From: an uncultured virus (IMG/VR IMGVR_UViG_3300024297_000002) | Taxonomy: Duplodnaviria; Heunggongvirae; Uroviricota; Caudoviricetes | DNA length: 57,584 nt | Reading direction: 5' to 3' (one strand) | Virus record (IMG/VR): IMGVR_UViG_3300024297_000002 | Shown here: in pieces, positions 31,400 through 41,842 of the stretch | How the letters are laid out: every line of letters begins with the position of its first letter | How positions within the stretch are numbered: the first letter of the stretch is position 1 | Notes under the pieces: model-generated | The model's input: the letters and a program-made list of their open reading frames with translations, nothing else | What the model was told of the DNA's origin: nothing | Database searches by the model: none | Position numbers and translations under genes: made by a program

Positions 31400-32740
31400 A
31401 TGTTATCAACTCAGAAAATGCCCCAAACCGTTCAAGAATGCATAGAAATATTAGCATATAACGAACATTTCTGGGAAGGATTCCATGCTCATGAAAAAGA
31501 TCGCAAAACAATAGGCTCACTTGCTGACACTCAATATCCATGGACAGAAAAACAAGCCATGTTAGGTTTGAGGATAATCAAGCGATATAAAACACTATTT
31601 GAAAAGTATAAAATTAGCATAGACGACTTATGTAATGACCCTCAATGGAGAGATCCTTTTAGAAAAATTGATTATGCCAAAGTTTTAGAAAAATTTACAA
31701 ACGAAAATAACGAGGATCAGTTAGAAATAAGATTTCCTTATTCAGAAAAAATGATTGGATTGATACGTTGCCTTAAGGATAAACGAGGATTACCTGCAGG
31801 ATATTTTAAGTACGACGGCGAAACAAAGAAATGGACTGCGAAATATTCAGATGTTGTTGCTTATTACATGACATTGATTGGAACAAGATACGATTTTGAA
31901 TTTGCAGATAAAACAATGTTTGACGACTTTTATGAGATACGAGAAGAGAAAAGAAAGTTTAAACACATAAAAGTTAACGTAGGCAAAAAAAATCTTGGAG
32001 TAGACAATGCTCCTGAATCTTTAGCAGAATACTGGAAAAGCAATATTGCAACAAAACCGTTACTGCAACAAGTTGATAGTTTAAAAACATTTGGATTGTC
32101 TATTCCGATCGGCACTGATAAAGTAACATCACTTGCTGAAAAAATTGCAGTTACTACTACAAAAGAAGTCCATGTAAGTCCAGAAAAATGGAATAAAACT
32201 CAAGTACTATCTGCTTGTGAAGAATTAAATTTGTTTCCTATAATTTGTCCAGTATCGGATCTTTCTTCTGCAGAAGATATACAAGAAATGACTAATTGGT
32301 TTTTTGCATTTGCAGAACGAGAAATTACAGATAAACAAGTTGCTTGGGGTTTTGATCTTGCAAAGTATCCTATCTCAGATCCACTAGACGATAATCTCTC
32401 TAACGATAACATGGATAGTTTTGATGACCCGTATTCACATCTGTACACAAGAGAGATGACTAAAACACAAAAGAAAAATGTATATAATGAATTTAAGATA
32501 TTAAACAAAAAGTCAGAAAAGAATAAGTTTATTGGTAATGATACTAAAATTATTTTTATTAGAAACAAAATACCCCGAACACTACTAAAGTCTGGAGTAA
32601 GGCCTACAACAACTTTAAGTTTTATTAGTAATTCATATGCACCTTATGGAGAAACTGTAAGGAAATGGCTTGATAATATTCAAAAAAGATTGTATTATAG
32701 TACATATACAAATTATGGAAGTGCTATAGACAAAATATGA
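31400..32740 (+). CDS. Hypothetical protein coupled to uvsW
   Basis: 446-aa ORF; ATGA overlap with uvsW; TTGACC-16-TATACT upstream. Confidence 0.7.
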   Translation: MLSTQKMPQTVQECIEILAYNEHFWEGFHAHEKDRKTIGSLADTQYPWTEKQAMLGLRIIKRYKTLFEKYKISIDDLCNDPQWRDPFRKIDYAKVLEKFTNENNEDQLEIRFPYSEKMIGLIRCLKDKRGLPAGYFKYDGETKKWTAKYSDVVAYYMTLIGTRYDFEFADKTMFDDFYEIREEKRKFKHIKVNVGKKNLGVDNAPESLAEYWKSNIATKPLLQQVDSLKTFGLSIPIGTDKVTSLAEKIAVTTTKEVHVSPEKWNKTQVLSACEELNLFPIICPVSDLSSAEDIQEMTNWFFAFAEREITDKQVAWGFDLAKYPISDPLDDNLSNDNMDSFDDPYSHLYTREMTKTQKKNVYNEFKILNKKSEKNKFIGNDTKIIFIRNKIPRTLLKSGVRPTTTLSFISNSYAPYGETVRKWLDNIQKRLYYSTYTNYGSAIDKI

Positions 32741-34185
32741 GTTCATGTAAACTGGTAATAAAAGACGAAGTAAATGTCAAATTTGAAAATTTAGATTTGA
32801 AATGGAGACAACGTCTGCACCAAAAATTTAAATATCAGATACCTTATGCTTTTCATCTACCTGCTGTTAAGTTAGGAAGATGGGATGGAAAAATTGCATT
32901 TTTTGGATTGGGCGGTACAACCTATCTTAGTCTGGTTGAACAAATATTACCCATACTAGAAGACGGTGGTGTGTATGTTGATTTTAAAGATGAACGAGAA
33001 CAACACGACTTTGAATTTAAATCTATAGACAAAAATTATCTATCTAATATTAATTGGCCTACAGGTCACCCTCAAGCAGGACAACCAATAGAATTACGAG
33101 ACTATCAAGTGGACACTATCAATAAGTTTATTGAAAATCCACAATGCATACAAGAGATCGCCACTGGTGCAGGAAAGACTATAATCACTGCGGCGCTGTG
33201 CCAGTTGGTCGAACCTTATGGACGTACACTAACAATAGTTCCAAACAAAAGTCTAGTGACACAAACAGAAGAAGACTTTGTTGCTTGTAATCTAGACACA
33301 GGCGTATATTATGGTGACCGTAAAGAAGTTGGTAGATACAACACAATAGCAACGTGGCAAAGTTTAAATGTATTAGAGAAGAAGGCAAAAAACGAACACA
33401 GCACCGAGTTCAAAGAATTTGTTGAGGGCATTAACACAATTATAATTGACGAAGTACACATGGCAAAAGCAGATGTACTCAAAAGACTACTGACAGGACC
33501 ATTTGCACATTGTGGCATACGTTGGGGACTAACAGGTACAGTTCCAAAAGCAGAGTATGAGTTCATGGGTATCAAGGTATCTATTGGTGATGTTATTAAC
33601 AAGTTACCTGCTAAAGAATTGCAGGACAAAGGTGTACTTGCAAACTGTCATGTGAACGTGTTGCAAACGCAAGACTTAAAAGAATTTAAAAACTATCCAG
33701 AAGAATTAAAATGGCTAACTACGGACAGCGATAGAATGACATGGGTCGCTCAAACAATAAAAGATATTTCGTCATCAGGCAACACATTAATATTAGTTGA
33801 TAGAATATCTGCAGGAGAAATATTACAAAAGAAAATAAAAGATTCTGTGTTCATATCGGGATCAACTAAAAATACGGAAAGGAAAGAGCACTACGATGAA
33901 GTGTCTACAGCAGAAAGTAAAATCATTATTGCAACATACGGAGTCGCCTCTGTTGGAATTAATATTCCTAGGATATTCAATCTTGTTCTTATTGAACCTG
34001 GCAAATCTTTTGTAAGAGTTATACAGAGTATCGGACGAGGTATTCGTAAAGCAGAAGACAAAGATAAAGTACAAATATGGGATATTACCAGTTCTTGTAA
34101 ATTTGCAAAAAGACACCTAACACAAAGAAAAAAGTTTTACAAAGAGGCCAATTATCCGTATAATATAGAAAAGATAGATATATGA
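32737..34185 (+). CDS. uvsW: SF2 DNA helicase UvsW
   Basis: LRDYQ, ATGAGKT, DEVH, GLTGT, QSIGRGIR. Confidence 0.93.
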   Translation: MSSCKLVIKDEVNVKFENLDLKWRQRLHQKFKYQIPYAFHLPAVKLGRWDGKIAFFGLGGTTYLSLVEQILPILEDGGVYVDFKDEREQHDFEFKSIDKNYLSNINWPTGHPQAGQPIELRDYQVDTINKFIENPQCIQEIATGAGKTIITAALCQLVEPYGRTLTIVPNKSLVTQTEEDFVACNLDTGVYYGDRKEVGRYNTIATWQSLNVLEKKAKNEHSTEFKEFVEGINTIIIDEVHMAKADVLKRLLTGPFAHCGIRWGLTGTVPKAEYEFMGIKVSIGDVINKLPAKELQDKGVLANCHVNVLQTQDLKEFKNYPEELKWLTTDSDRMTWVAQTIKDISSSGNTLILVDRISAGEILQKKIKDSVFISGSTKNTERKEHYDEVSTAESKIIIATYGVASVGINIPRIFNLVLIEPGKSFVRVIQSIGRGIRKAEDKDKVQIWDITSSCKFAKRHLTQRKKFYKEANYPYNIEKIDI

Positions 34186-34685
34186 AAATTTTACAATTAG
34201 AAAATCAAACTTATACATTAGAAAAAATACCGGAATACGTAGACGATCAATTAAGATTTGCTGTATTAGATAATTCAAATCCTGCAGAGCCTGACTACTT
34301 TTTTATACCGCTTATATTTTTAGAAAGTTTTAATGCTCCAGCGGCTGTGTTAGAAATAGGTAAACACAAAATTAAGATGCCGTTGGATTGGAAGATGGTA
34401 GTAGGTGAAGCAGAGCAAGGCGAACTACACGTATTGCCCATCACAAGTTTAAATGACAGAGGTTTTGAAGCATTTACATTTAATCCTTTAACAAGTGCTA
34501 AACCAGACTTTTACCCAATAGATATTGTAGATATCTATCAAGAAGTAAAATGGTACTTTCCAAAAATTAAATCAGGACAAATACTTTGTGTTCCTTTAGA
34601 AACTAAGAAAAATCCCATATGTGCCTATTTTGTTAAAGACATTTCAAGACAATGTGAACAAATAGATTACAGCGAAGTATGGTAA
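34182..34685 (+). CDS. Hypothetical beta-rich protein
   Basis: Coupled ORF after uvsW. Confidence 0.7.
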   Translation: MKILQLENQTYTLEKIPEYVDDQLRFAVLDNSNPAEPDYFFIPLIFLESFNAPAAVLEIGKHKIKMPLDWKMVVGEAEQGELHVLPITSLNDRGFEAFTFNPLTSAKPDFYPIDIVDIYQEVKWYFPKIKSGQILCVPLETKKNPICAYFVKDISRQCEQIDYSEVW

Positions 34686-34939
34686 AACCCAAAGGACAAT
34701 CAGTTACAATACCAGCGCCGGTGTTAATGATCCCGGATGGAAATGACAAACTAGTGCCTGTGTGGATGGATAAAGGTGACTGGATACAAAATTTGATTAA
34801 ACAATTACATTACTCAAAATGGCCTTATAAAAATATAAAGTATGGAGAAGGGCAACTTACCATTAGATTTATGGACAAGGATCATGCTATAATGTTTTGT
34901 TTAAGTTATGAAGGGAAAAAATATGAAACCCAAACGTAA
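34679..34939 (+). CDS. Hypothetical protein
   Basis: Overlapping ORF within the operon. Confidence 0.55.
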   Translation: MVKPKGQSVTIPAPVLMIPDGNDKLVPVWMDKGDWIQNLIKQLHYSKWPYKNIKYGEGQLTIRFMDKDHAIMFCLSYEGKKYETQT

Positions 34940-35369
34940 GTTTTTTGAATTAAGAAATGGATTAAAGGCCGTTGATTTTAGAAATAAAGATTATTATGAT
35001 CGTATCGATGATCACGAAAAGTCTTTGTACTCGCCTTATATGTTGATGAGATACGTATCTAGTGTATCATCAAAAGATCAATTTTATGTAGAACATTATG
35101 TAGAGATGACTAACGAATGTGTTAATAAACACTTGTTTACTTTATCTAGTAAACATAAAAAACTATGCTGGATATTAACTGCTATGTGCGGAGCATTAAA
35201 ACAAGAATTTCATCCATGGATAAAACCAATGAAACGAGTACCTAATAAATCATTAAAGCAACTACAACAAATATATCCTAACTGGAAAGAATCAGATTTA
35301 GAAACATTAGACAAAATTATTACTGACCGAGAGTTAGAGGAATTGTTAGATGCCCACGGAATCAATTAA
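34908..35369 (+). CDS. Clamp loader small subunit-like (gp62-like) protein
   Basis: YSPYMLMRY.S, N...N, HPWIK pattern; replication context. Confidence 0.5.
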   Translation: MKGKNMKPKRKFFELRNGLKAVDFRNKDYYDRIDDHEKSLYSPYMLMRYVSSVSSKDQFYVEHYVEMTNECVNKHLFTLSSKHKKLCWILTAMCGALKQEFHPWIKPMKRVPNKSLKQLQQIYPNWKESDLETLDKIITDRELEELLDAHGIN

Positions 35370-36042
35370 ATTCACTTGCACATATTGTGGCAAGGCGTTT
35401 TCACGTGAAAGAACATTACACGTTCATATGTGTGAACCTAAAAGACGACATTTACAAAAACATGAAAAATGGGTTCAAAATGCTTTCATAGTATTCCAAA
35501 GATTTTATGAAGTAAATCAAAAAAATGCAAAAACTAGGACCTATGATGACTTTTGCTCATCTCCTTACTATAATGCATTTGTAAAGTTTGGCAGATTTAT
35601 GATGCATATAAATCCATTGTATCCAGACAAATACATAGACTACATTGTGTTATCTAGAATAAAACTTGATCATTGGTCACGTGAAGATTTATACGAAACA
35701 TATCTTGTTGAAACACTGAAAGTTGAACCTGTTGAAGCGGCACTACAAAGATCAATTACTACAATGATGGATTGGGCAGATACACAAAACGTACAATGGT
35801 CTGATTACTTTAGACTTGTAAACACAAACAGAGCAGTACAAAACATACAGTCGGGCAAACTATCACCGTGGCTAGTACTAGGTTGCTCTGCAGGCAAAAA
35901 AATGTTACAATCGTTTACAGACGAACAATTACAAATGACACAGAAATTTATTAACCCAGAATATTGGTCAAGCAAGTTTAAAAGTTATCCGGCAGATTTA
36001 TTGTTTGTCCAAGAAACAGCCAAAGGAGCAAGAATTGAGTAA
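35350..36042 (+). CDS. C2H2/C2HC Zn-finger protein
   Basis: FTCTYCGKAF....L..HMC. Confidence 0.65.
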   Translation: MPTESIKFTCTYCGKAFSRERTLHVHMCEPKRRHLQKHEKWVQNAFIVFQRFYEVNQKNAKTRTYDDFCSSPYYNAFVKFGRFMMHINPLYPDKYIDYIVLSRIKLDHWSREDLYETYLVETLKVEPVEAALQRSITTMMDWADTQNVQWSDYFRLVNTNRAVQNIQSGKLSPWLVLGCSAGKKMLQSFTDEQLQMTQKFINPEYWSSKFKSYPADLLFVQETAKGARIE

Positions 36043-36268
36043 GGTTAAAGTTGAAATAGCAGAAGAATTAGATTTTGATATAGGAGATTGCTGTATTATT
36101 ATTAAACCAGATGGCTCTATTGGAAAATTAATATTGCCTGAAGTAAACAGTGATACTGTGCAATCTAAAGGTTACAAAAAAATGCTTGAGGTAGTAGACT
36201 TACTGAAACCTGGTAGCGGAAAAGCAATTGACGAATATGAACATAAACAAAAAAGGAATTTACACTAA
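36005..36268 (+). CDS. Hypothetical protein
   Basis: ORF coupled to mini-DnaE; start uncertain. Confidence 0.55.
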   Translation: MSKKQPKEQELSKVKVEIAEELDFDIGDCCIIIKPDGSIGKLILPEVNSDTVQSKGYKKMLEVVDLLKPGSGKAIDEYEHKQKRNLH

Positions 36269-36882
36269 TGCCTGACGTAGATATTGATTTTTACGATAGA
36301 CAAGGAGTACTTGATTTATTCAAGCATACCCCGGCAACTATTGTTAAAAACGACACACACGAAAGACACAAAACTGGAATATATTTCCATGACATTCCTG
36401 TTAATCCAAACACAAAAGGTTCAAGTATAGATTATAAAAAAGCAGAAGGCAGAGGCTATTTTAAAATTGACGTGTTAAATGTTAATATCTATAAAGATAT
36501 AAAATCTGAAAGAGAACTTGTTGAGTTAATGATTGAAGAACCCGATTGGGATATATTAAAGAACGTAACTGTTGTTGATAATTTATTTCATTTGAATGGA
36601 CATTTTAATATTGTAAACAAATTAGAACCTAAAAATGTAGAACAACTTGCGGCTGTATTAGCAATTATACGTCCAGCCAAAAGACATTTGATGCACAAAT
36701 ACTGGAAAGATATTTTAAACGAAGTATGGACCAAACCTGCTGACGGATCATACTTTTTTAAAAAATCCCATGCTATTGCATATGCTCATGCTATTGTAGT
36801 ACAGATGAATCTAATGCGTAGGAATAAATATAGTTTTGATGCACAATCAGAAAAAGAAAAAAACAATCCGCAAAAAACTTAA
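36268..36882 (+). CDS. Miniature DNA polymerase III alpha (DnaE) palm-core protein
   Basis: MPDVDIDF, H.TG, GYFKIDVL, LAIIRP, FKKSHAIAYA family-C polymerase motifs in 204 aa. Confidence 0.85.
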   Translation: MPDVDIDFYDRQGVLDLFKHTPATIVKNDTHERHKTGIYFHDIPVNPNTKGSSIDYKKAEGRGYFKIDVLNVNIYKDIKSERELVELMIEEPDWDILKNVTVVDNLFHLNGHFNIVNKLEPKNVEQLAAVLAIIRPAKRHLMHKYWKDILNEVWTKPADGSYFFKKSHAIAYAHAIVVQMNLMRRNKYSFDAQSEKEKNNPQKT

Positions 36883-36997
36883 CAAAAAAACTTCTTCTAA
36901 AAAATCAGATCCGTATGGCTATAACCCGGATAGTCCTTTAACACAGCACTATCTTACGACAGGTGCTATACTTCCTGAAAAGAAGAAGACTAGGTAG
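36839..36997 (+). CDS. Small basic protein, 52 aa (not in ORF track)
   Basis: MHNQKKKKTIRKKLNKK...PEKKKTR*; TAAATA at 36825-36830, 8 nt before ATG. Confidence 0.45.
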   Translation: MHNQKKKKTIRKKLNKKTSSKKSDPYGYNPDSPLTQHYLTTGAILPEKKKTR

Positions 36998-37364
36998 GTT
37001 TACGCATTAACTGAATAGTTCTTCGCTTTATTCGTTTCTTCGCAATATCGGCCAAACGTACTGTTGGTCCGTGTACTATCTTAACATCTTTACCACTTAA
37101 TGTAGTCAATGTATATTTGAAATGCTTAAAGTCTTTCTTAAGAAATATATTAATTGGTAATTTTCTGTTAGACTCCCACCACCAAGTTTCCCCTAGAGTT
37201 AAGAATAATTCTCTTTCTCTCGCTGTTGCTACCTTATCGTAGTCATACACACTTATAACATTGGTGTCTTGGTTCTGTACAATACCTATATACTCAAAAT
37301 CACTCTTTCGTACTAGAGTTAAGAATGGGTATTTCTTTCCTAATTTTTCAAATATCTCGTTCAT
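36990..37364 (-). CDS. Hypothetical protein
   Basis: 124-aa ORF; YPFL, YIGIVQN, WWWESNR..PI. Confidence 0.7.
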   Translation of the reverse strand: MNEIFEKLGKKYPFLTLVRKSDFEYIGIVQNQDTNVISVYDYDKVATARERELFLTLGETWWWESNRKLPINIFLKKDFKHFKYTLTTLSGKDVKIVHGPTVRLADIAKKRIKRRTIQLMRKPT

Positions 37365-37397
37365 TCACTTTCCAATAAATACTGTTAAATATGTACT

Positions 37398-38180
37398 ATG
37401 CAAACAGTCTCAAGGTATTTAATAACCAATTTGGTAACTGCCACAATAAGTGGCTATAACGGAAGGAACGCAAAAGTGTACGATCGTAGGTTAAAAGTAT
37501 TTAAAGGAGTATCTAATCCTATTACTTTTACATTTAAAAACGAAGATCAAAAAGCACAATTTATTACTTCCAAAACCTACGAATTTAATTTAATTGATTC
37601 GGAAAGTAACAAGTCTGTACTGACTAGAAACTTAACAATTTTAGATGATGGTAGTACAATAGCAACCAAAGGACAAGCATCAGTAACAATCTCTGATGGT
37701 GATTTAATTTCATTAGATGCTAAATTTTACAATTATTCAATTAGAGAAGTTAAGTCAGATAATTCAAGAGAAGTAACTTACAGCGACACAGGATATAATT
37801 CTGCTGGAACCATTGAAATATTAAGTGGTGCATACCCAGAATTTGTAGCAAGTATTGAACCTGTGTTTGTTGATATGTCTGGCGCAACATCAAGAAAAAC
37901 TTCAGGAAATGTTTTTGCAAGACCTGGACAAAATAATAATTCTGCACTTCATACTGTTGCGGCATATTGGTCAGGATACACTGGCAACTTTAAAATACAA
38001 GGCACACTATCAGCATCTCCAGATGCAACAGATTGGTATACTATACAAAATGTAGACTATTCCAATCAAACTGGTATTACCTACTACAACTTCACTGGCG
38101 TTTGGGAAAACGTTAGATTCACACACGATAGAACATCTGGTAATAACGGCTCACTTGACAAATTGTTATATAGACTGTAA
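37398..38180 (+). CDS. Putative virion protein (beta-sandwich, Ser/Thr-rich)
   Basis: TAAATA 6 nt upstream; IQGTL...W, YYNFTG..VRF beta pattern. Confidence 0.55.
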   Translation: MQTVSRYLITNLVTATISGYNGRNAKVYDRRLKVFKGVSNPITFTFKNEDQKAQFITSKTYEFNLIDSESNKSVLTRNLTILDDGSTIATKGQASVTISDGDLISLDAKFYNYSIREVKSDNSREVTYSDTGYNSAGTIEILSGAYPEFVASIEPVFVDMSGATSRKTSGNVFARPGQNNNSALHTVAAYWSGYTGNFKIQGTLSASPDATDWYTIQNVDYSNQTGITYYNFTGVWENVRFTHDRTSGNNGSLDKLLYRL

Positions 38181-38190
38181 AATATAGTTT

Positions 38191-39210
38191 ATGAACCTGA
38201 TCCAGTCGACTATTCTGACATCCTTACCTGCGGGTAAGAAAAAAACTCCATCTGGATGGATTGCCTTTAATGGACCTTGTTGTGTACACAACGGAGAAAG
38301 TCAAGATAGAAAAAAACGTGGCGGTATAATGAATAGTCCTGACGGAACTGTATCATATCATTGTTTCAACTGTGGATTTAAAACTTCTTATATCCCTGGT
38401 AGAAAAATTTCAGTAAAAACTAAAAAATGGATGTCGTGGCTAGGCATTGACGATAACACAATTAAAAAACTTGTCATAGAAGCGATGCGTTTGGAAGAAA
38501 GCGATAATGTAATTGAGAAGAAAAAGTTTGTTTCGTTTGTTAAAAAAACATTGCCAAAGAATGCACACAACCTTGCAGTATGGTTAGAAAAATATTTAAA
38601 GAAAGATTTAACAGACAAACAACACAATTATATTGATTCATTATTAAACTATCTAAAAGCAAGAGGTATCGGTCCCGAATGGTACGACTTTATGTACTCT
38701 CCAGACATGACTTTTGATTTTAATAGAAGATTAATAATACCGTTCTACTGGAAAGGCGATGTAGTAGGATACACTGGAAGATTGTTTGACAACTCTGACA
38801 AAGTAAAATATTATACAGAAGTACAACCAGGTTATGTGTTTAATTTAGATGCACAAGACTGGAGCAGGAAATTTGTTATTGTGACAGAAGGACCATTCGA
38901 TGCTATATCCGTTTCTGGTGTGAGCATACTAGGATCAGAGATAAATGATACACAAAGAGAGTTGATAGATGCCCTAGGTCGTAAGGTAATTGTAGTACCT
39001 GATAGAGATGCACCGGGAGAAAAATTAATTAACCAAGCAATGGATTTTCGTTGGAGTGTTGCATTTCCGGAATGGGAAGAAGGAGTTGACGATGTTGCCG
39101 ATGCTGTGTTAAAATATGGAAGATTGTTTACAATGCAATCAATATTAAAATCAACAGAGTCTAATAGACTTAAAATAGATTTAAAGAGAAAGATGTATGG
39201 CAGATTATAA
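38191..39210 (+). CDS. DNA primase (Zn-binding + TOPRIM)
   Basis: PCC...HCFNC; R.IIPF, GYTGR, VTEGPFDA, PDRD..G, DVADA. Confidence 0.9.
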   Translation: MNLIQSTILTSLPAGKKKTPSGWIAFNGPCCVHNGESQDRKKRGGIMNSPDGTVSYHCFNCGFKTSYIPGRKISVKTKKWMSWLGIDDNTIKKLVIEAMRLEESDNVIEKKKFVSFVKKTLPKNAHNLAVWLEKYLKKDLTDKQHNYIDSLLNYLKARGIGPEWYDFMYSPDMTFDFNRRLIIPFYWKGDVVGYTGRLFDNSDKVKYYTEVQPGYVFNLDAQDWSRKFVIVTEGPFDAISVSGVSILGSEINDTQRELIDALGRKVIVVPDRDAPGEKLINQAMDFRWSVAFPEWEEGVDDVADAVLKYGRLFTMQSILKSTESNRLKIDLKRKMYGRL

Positions 39211-40660
39211 AGAACAATATTCGCAGGCTAAGAATTATTCGTTTGATGTTCAGAAGTTGTATTTAGAAATGTTTTTAGCAGATGCTGAATCTTTTGCTAG
39301 AGCAAGTAATATATTTTTACCACAACATTTTGAAAGAAAATTACAACCTGTTGCAAAGTTTATTAAAGACTATGTTGAAGAATACAAAGTGATGCCTGAA
39401 GTTGATCAGGTTAATGCTAGTCAAGATATTAAACTAAAAGGGGCAAAAGATCTAGACCCATCTCATTTCAACTGGTTGTTAGATGAGTTTGAAACATTTT
39501 CCAGACACAAGGCACTTGAAAGTGCAATACTATCATCTGCAGACTTATTAGAAAAAGGAGATTATGCTCCTGTAGAAGACATGGTCAAAGAAGCAGTGAA
39601 TGTAGGACTAACACGTGATCTAGGTACAGACTACTTTGAAGATCCAAAAGGTAGACTAGAACTTTTAAAAAGTTCAAATGGACAAGTCAGCACAGGGTGG
39701 ACAAATCTCGATAAGAAACTGTTCGGTGGATTTAACCGAGGAGAACTAAACATTTTTGCAGGTGGATCAGGCGCAGGTAAAAGTTTATTCTTACAGAATC
39801 TTGCAGTTAATTGGGCACTCGCTGGCTTGAACACAGTTTACATATCTTTTGAATTATCTGAAACACTTGCGGCAATGAGAATAGATGCAATGACAACTAA
39901 CATTCCAACAAAGAATGTAATGAAGTCCATGGACGATGTTGAAATGAAAGTTAAGATGCTAAAGAAAAAATCTGGTAACTTACAATTAAAATACTTGCCA
40001 AGTGGTAGTACAATACTAGATATAAAAACTTATATCAAAGAATTAGAATTAAAATCGAAAAAGAAAGTTGATTGTATACTAATTGATTATCTTGATCTAA
40101 TGATGCCTAAGAGTAAAAGAATATCACCAGCAGACTTGTTTATTAAAGACAAGTATGTGTCAGAAGAATTAAGAAATTTTGCAGTTGAATCACAAATGCT
40201 ACTTGCAACAGCGTCACAATTGAACAGAGCAAGTGTTGAAGAAATAGAATTTGATCATTCTCATATCTCAGGTGGCTTATCTAAAATACAGACAGCAGAT
40301 AATGTAATAGGTATATTCACAAGTAGAGCCATGAGAGAACGTGGCAGATATCAAATACAGTTCATGAAAACTAGATCTAGTTCTGGTGTAGGACAAAAAG
40401 TTGATTTAGAATTTGACATAGATACGTTAAGAATCAGAAGTTTAGATGAGGAAGAACAAAGCAGTTATGTTACAAAACAAACTGGACAAGTGTTTGATCA
40501 ACTTAAACAAAAGTCCAAAGTAACACCTGCAACTCCAAAAGATGCTAGGACAGATATAGATCCTAGACAAGGCCAAGACGCTGGCAAAGTAAAAGCAGAA
40601 GTTCAAGGTACAAAACTAAGACAACTGCTTAACGAACTCCATTCAGACGAAGAGCAATAA
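39197..40660 (+). CDS. Replicative DnaB-like helicase (gp41-like)
   Basis: GGSGAGKS, SFEL, IDYLDL, TASQLNR, KTRSS. Confidence 0.95.
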   Translation: MADYKEQYSQAKNYSFDVQKLYLEMFLADAESFARASNIFLPQHFERKLQPVAKFIKDYVEEYKVMPEVDQVNASQDIKLKGAKDLDPSHFNWLLDEFETFSRHKALESAILSSADLLEKGDYAPVEDMVKEAVNVGLTRDLGTDYFEDPKGRLELLKSSNGQVSTGWTNLDKKLFGGFNRGELNIFAGGSGAGKSLFLQNLAVNWALAGLNTVYISFELSETLAAMRIDAMTTNIPTKNVMKSMDDVEMKVKMLKKKSGNLQLKYLPSGSTILDIKTYIKELELKSKKKVDCILIDYLDLMMPKSKRISPADLFIKDKYVSEELRNFAVESQMLLATASQLNRASVEEIEFDHSHISGGLSKIQTADNVIGIFTSRAMRERGRYQIQFMKTRSSSGVGQKVDLEFDIDTLRIRSLDEEEQSSYVTKQTGQVFDQLKQKSKVTPATPKDARTDIDPRQGQDAGKVKAEVQGTKLRQLLNELHSDEEQ

Positions 40661-40867
40661 GCCGTAGGCGTACCGCGTTTTTTTTAGTATACTAGTTGCG
40701 TAAATTTTTAGAAAGCGAAAGCGTCTTTTTGCGTAAAATGGTTTATGAATTTGACGGTATGCGAGTGTTATAGCGGCAATAGAATACCTAGCAACATAGT
40801 TTAAATACATTCTGGCGCGGAGATTAACACAGACAATTCGCGCCATTTCCTAACTTAAATATATAAA

Positions 40868-41842
40868 ATGAGTAACAATTATAACGAACAGCCTCCAAAA
40901 ATTACACGCATACAATGGTTATTTGCAAACGTCTGTAACTATGATTGTTCTTATTGTCCAAAAATTTTACACTCTAGTCGAGTGAAGTTTCCTGATGAGA
41001 AGATACTAACTGATGCTATACAGTACACAGTTTCATCTTTGAGAATGCTTGATAGAGAACCTGCGTTTGAATTTGTAGGCGGAGAACCCACACTCAATCC
41101 TGGATTGTTGGCCATGTGTCAACGAATGGGCAATCAACAACTCAAAAACAAATTGACCACTAACGGATCTGCAGATATAAAATGGTATGAAGAACACTAT
41201 CATTATTTTTCTACAATTGAAATCAGTTATCATATCGGGTGGGCAGACCAACAGCACATCGAAGAATTAGTTGACTTCTTGGTGGCCCAGGAAGACTACG
41301 ACGGCAATAAAAAAGTACAAGTGAGAATAATGATTCATTGTACCAACGAAGATGATAAATGGGCAAATGCTATCAGTGTGTATCAACAATTCAAAGCAAA
41401 AGGGTATCCTGTGGAACTTAAACTTTTGTATTCAAACTTTACTAAAGGATTTCAATATCTTCCTTATAAAACATATCAACTGGATTATTATTTCAAAGAG
41501 CGAGGAGAAGAATGGGATCCGGAACAGACAATGTACTTGGGAAATTTAAAATACGACGGAGTTTCGAGAGCCAGACACGACATAACAAAAGAAGATGTAG
41601 ACAAAATAAACAAAGACAAACCAATAAAACAAAACTGGAACTTCCAGGGTTATAGATGTAACGCAGGCAAAGATCAGTTCGTGATTGATCAAAAAGGCAA
41701 AGTTTGGAGAGGTTGGTGTGGAGAAGACAAAAGTTTAGGAAATGTTTTATACAGGAATGTTTCTTGGCAGAACGATGCGTGGAAATGCACAAAACCTGTG
41801 TGCCGGAATGGCTTTGACCAACTGGCGACCAAGTTTAAATAG
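40868..41842 (+). CDS. Radical SAM protein with C-terminal SPASM/twitch-like Cys motif
   Basis: CNYDCSYC, GGEPT, TTNGS, ISYH; C-terminal CNAG...WC...C...C. Confidence 0.9.
   Translation: MSNNYNEQPPKITRIQWLFANVCNYDCSYCPKILHSSRVKFPDEKILTDAIQYTVSSLRMLDREPAFEFVGGEPTLNPGLLAMCQRMGNQQLKNKLTTNGSADIKWYEEHYHYFSTIEISYHIGWADQQHIEELVDFLVAQEDYDGNKKVQVRIMIHCTNEDDKWANAISVYQQFKAKGYPVELKLLYSNFTKGFQYLPYKTYQLDYYFKERGEEWDPEQTMYLGNLKYDGVSRARHDITKEDVDKINKDKPIKQNWNFQGYRCNAGKDQFVIDQKGKVWRGWCGEDKSLGNVLYRNVSWQNDAWKCTKPVCRNGFDQLATKFK

Noticed and set aside
13488..40660. Inteins or introns in terL, uvsX, uvsW or helicase
   Set aside because: Lengths and motif spacing are normal and uninterrupted
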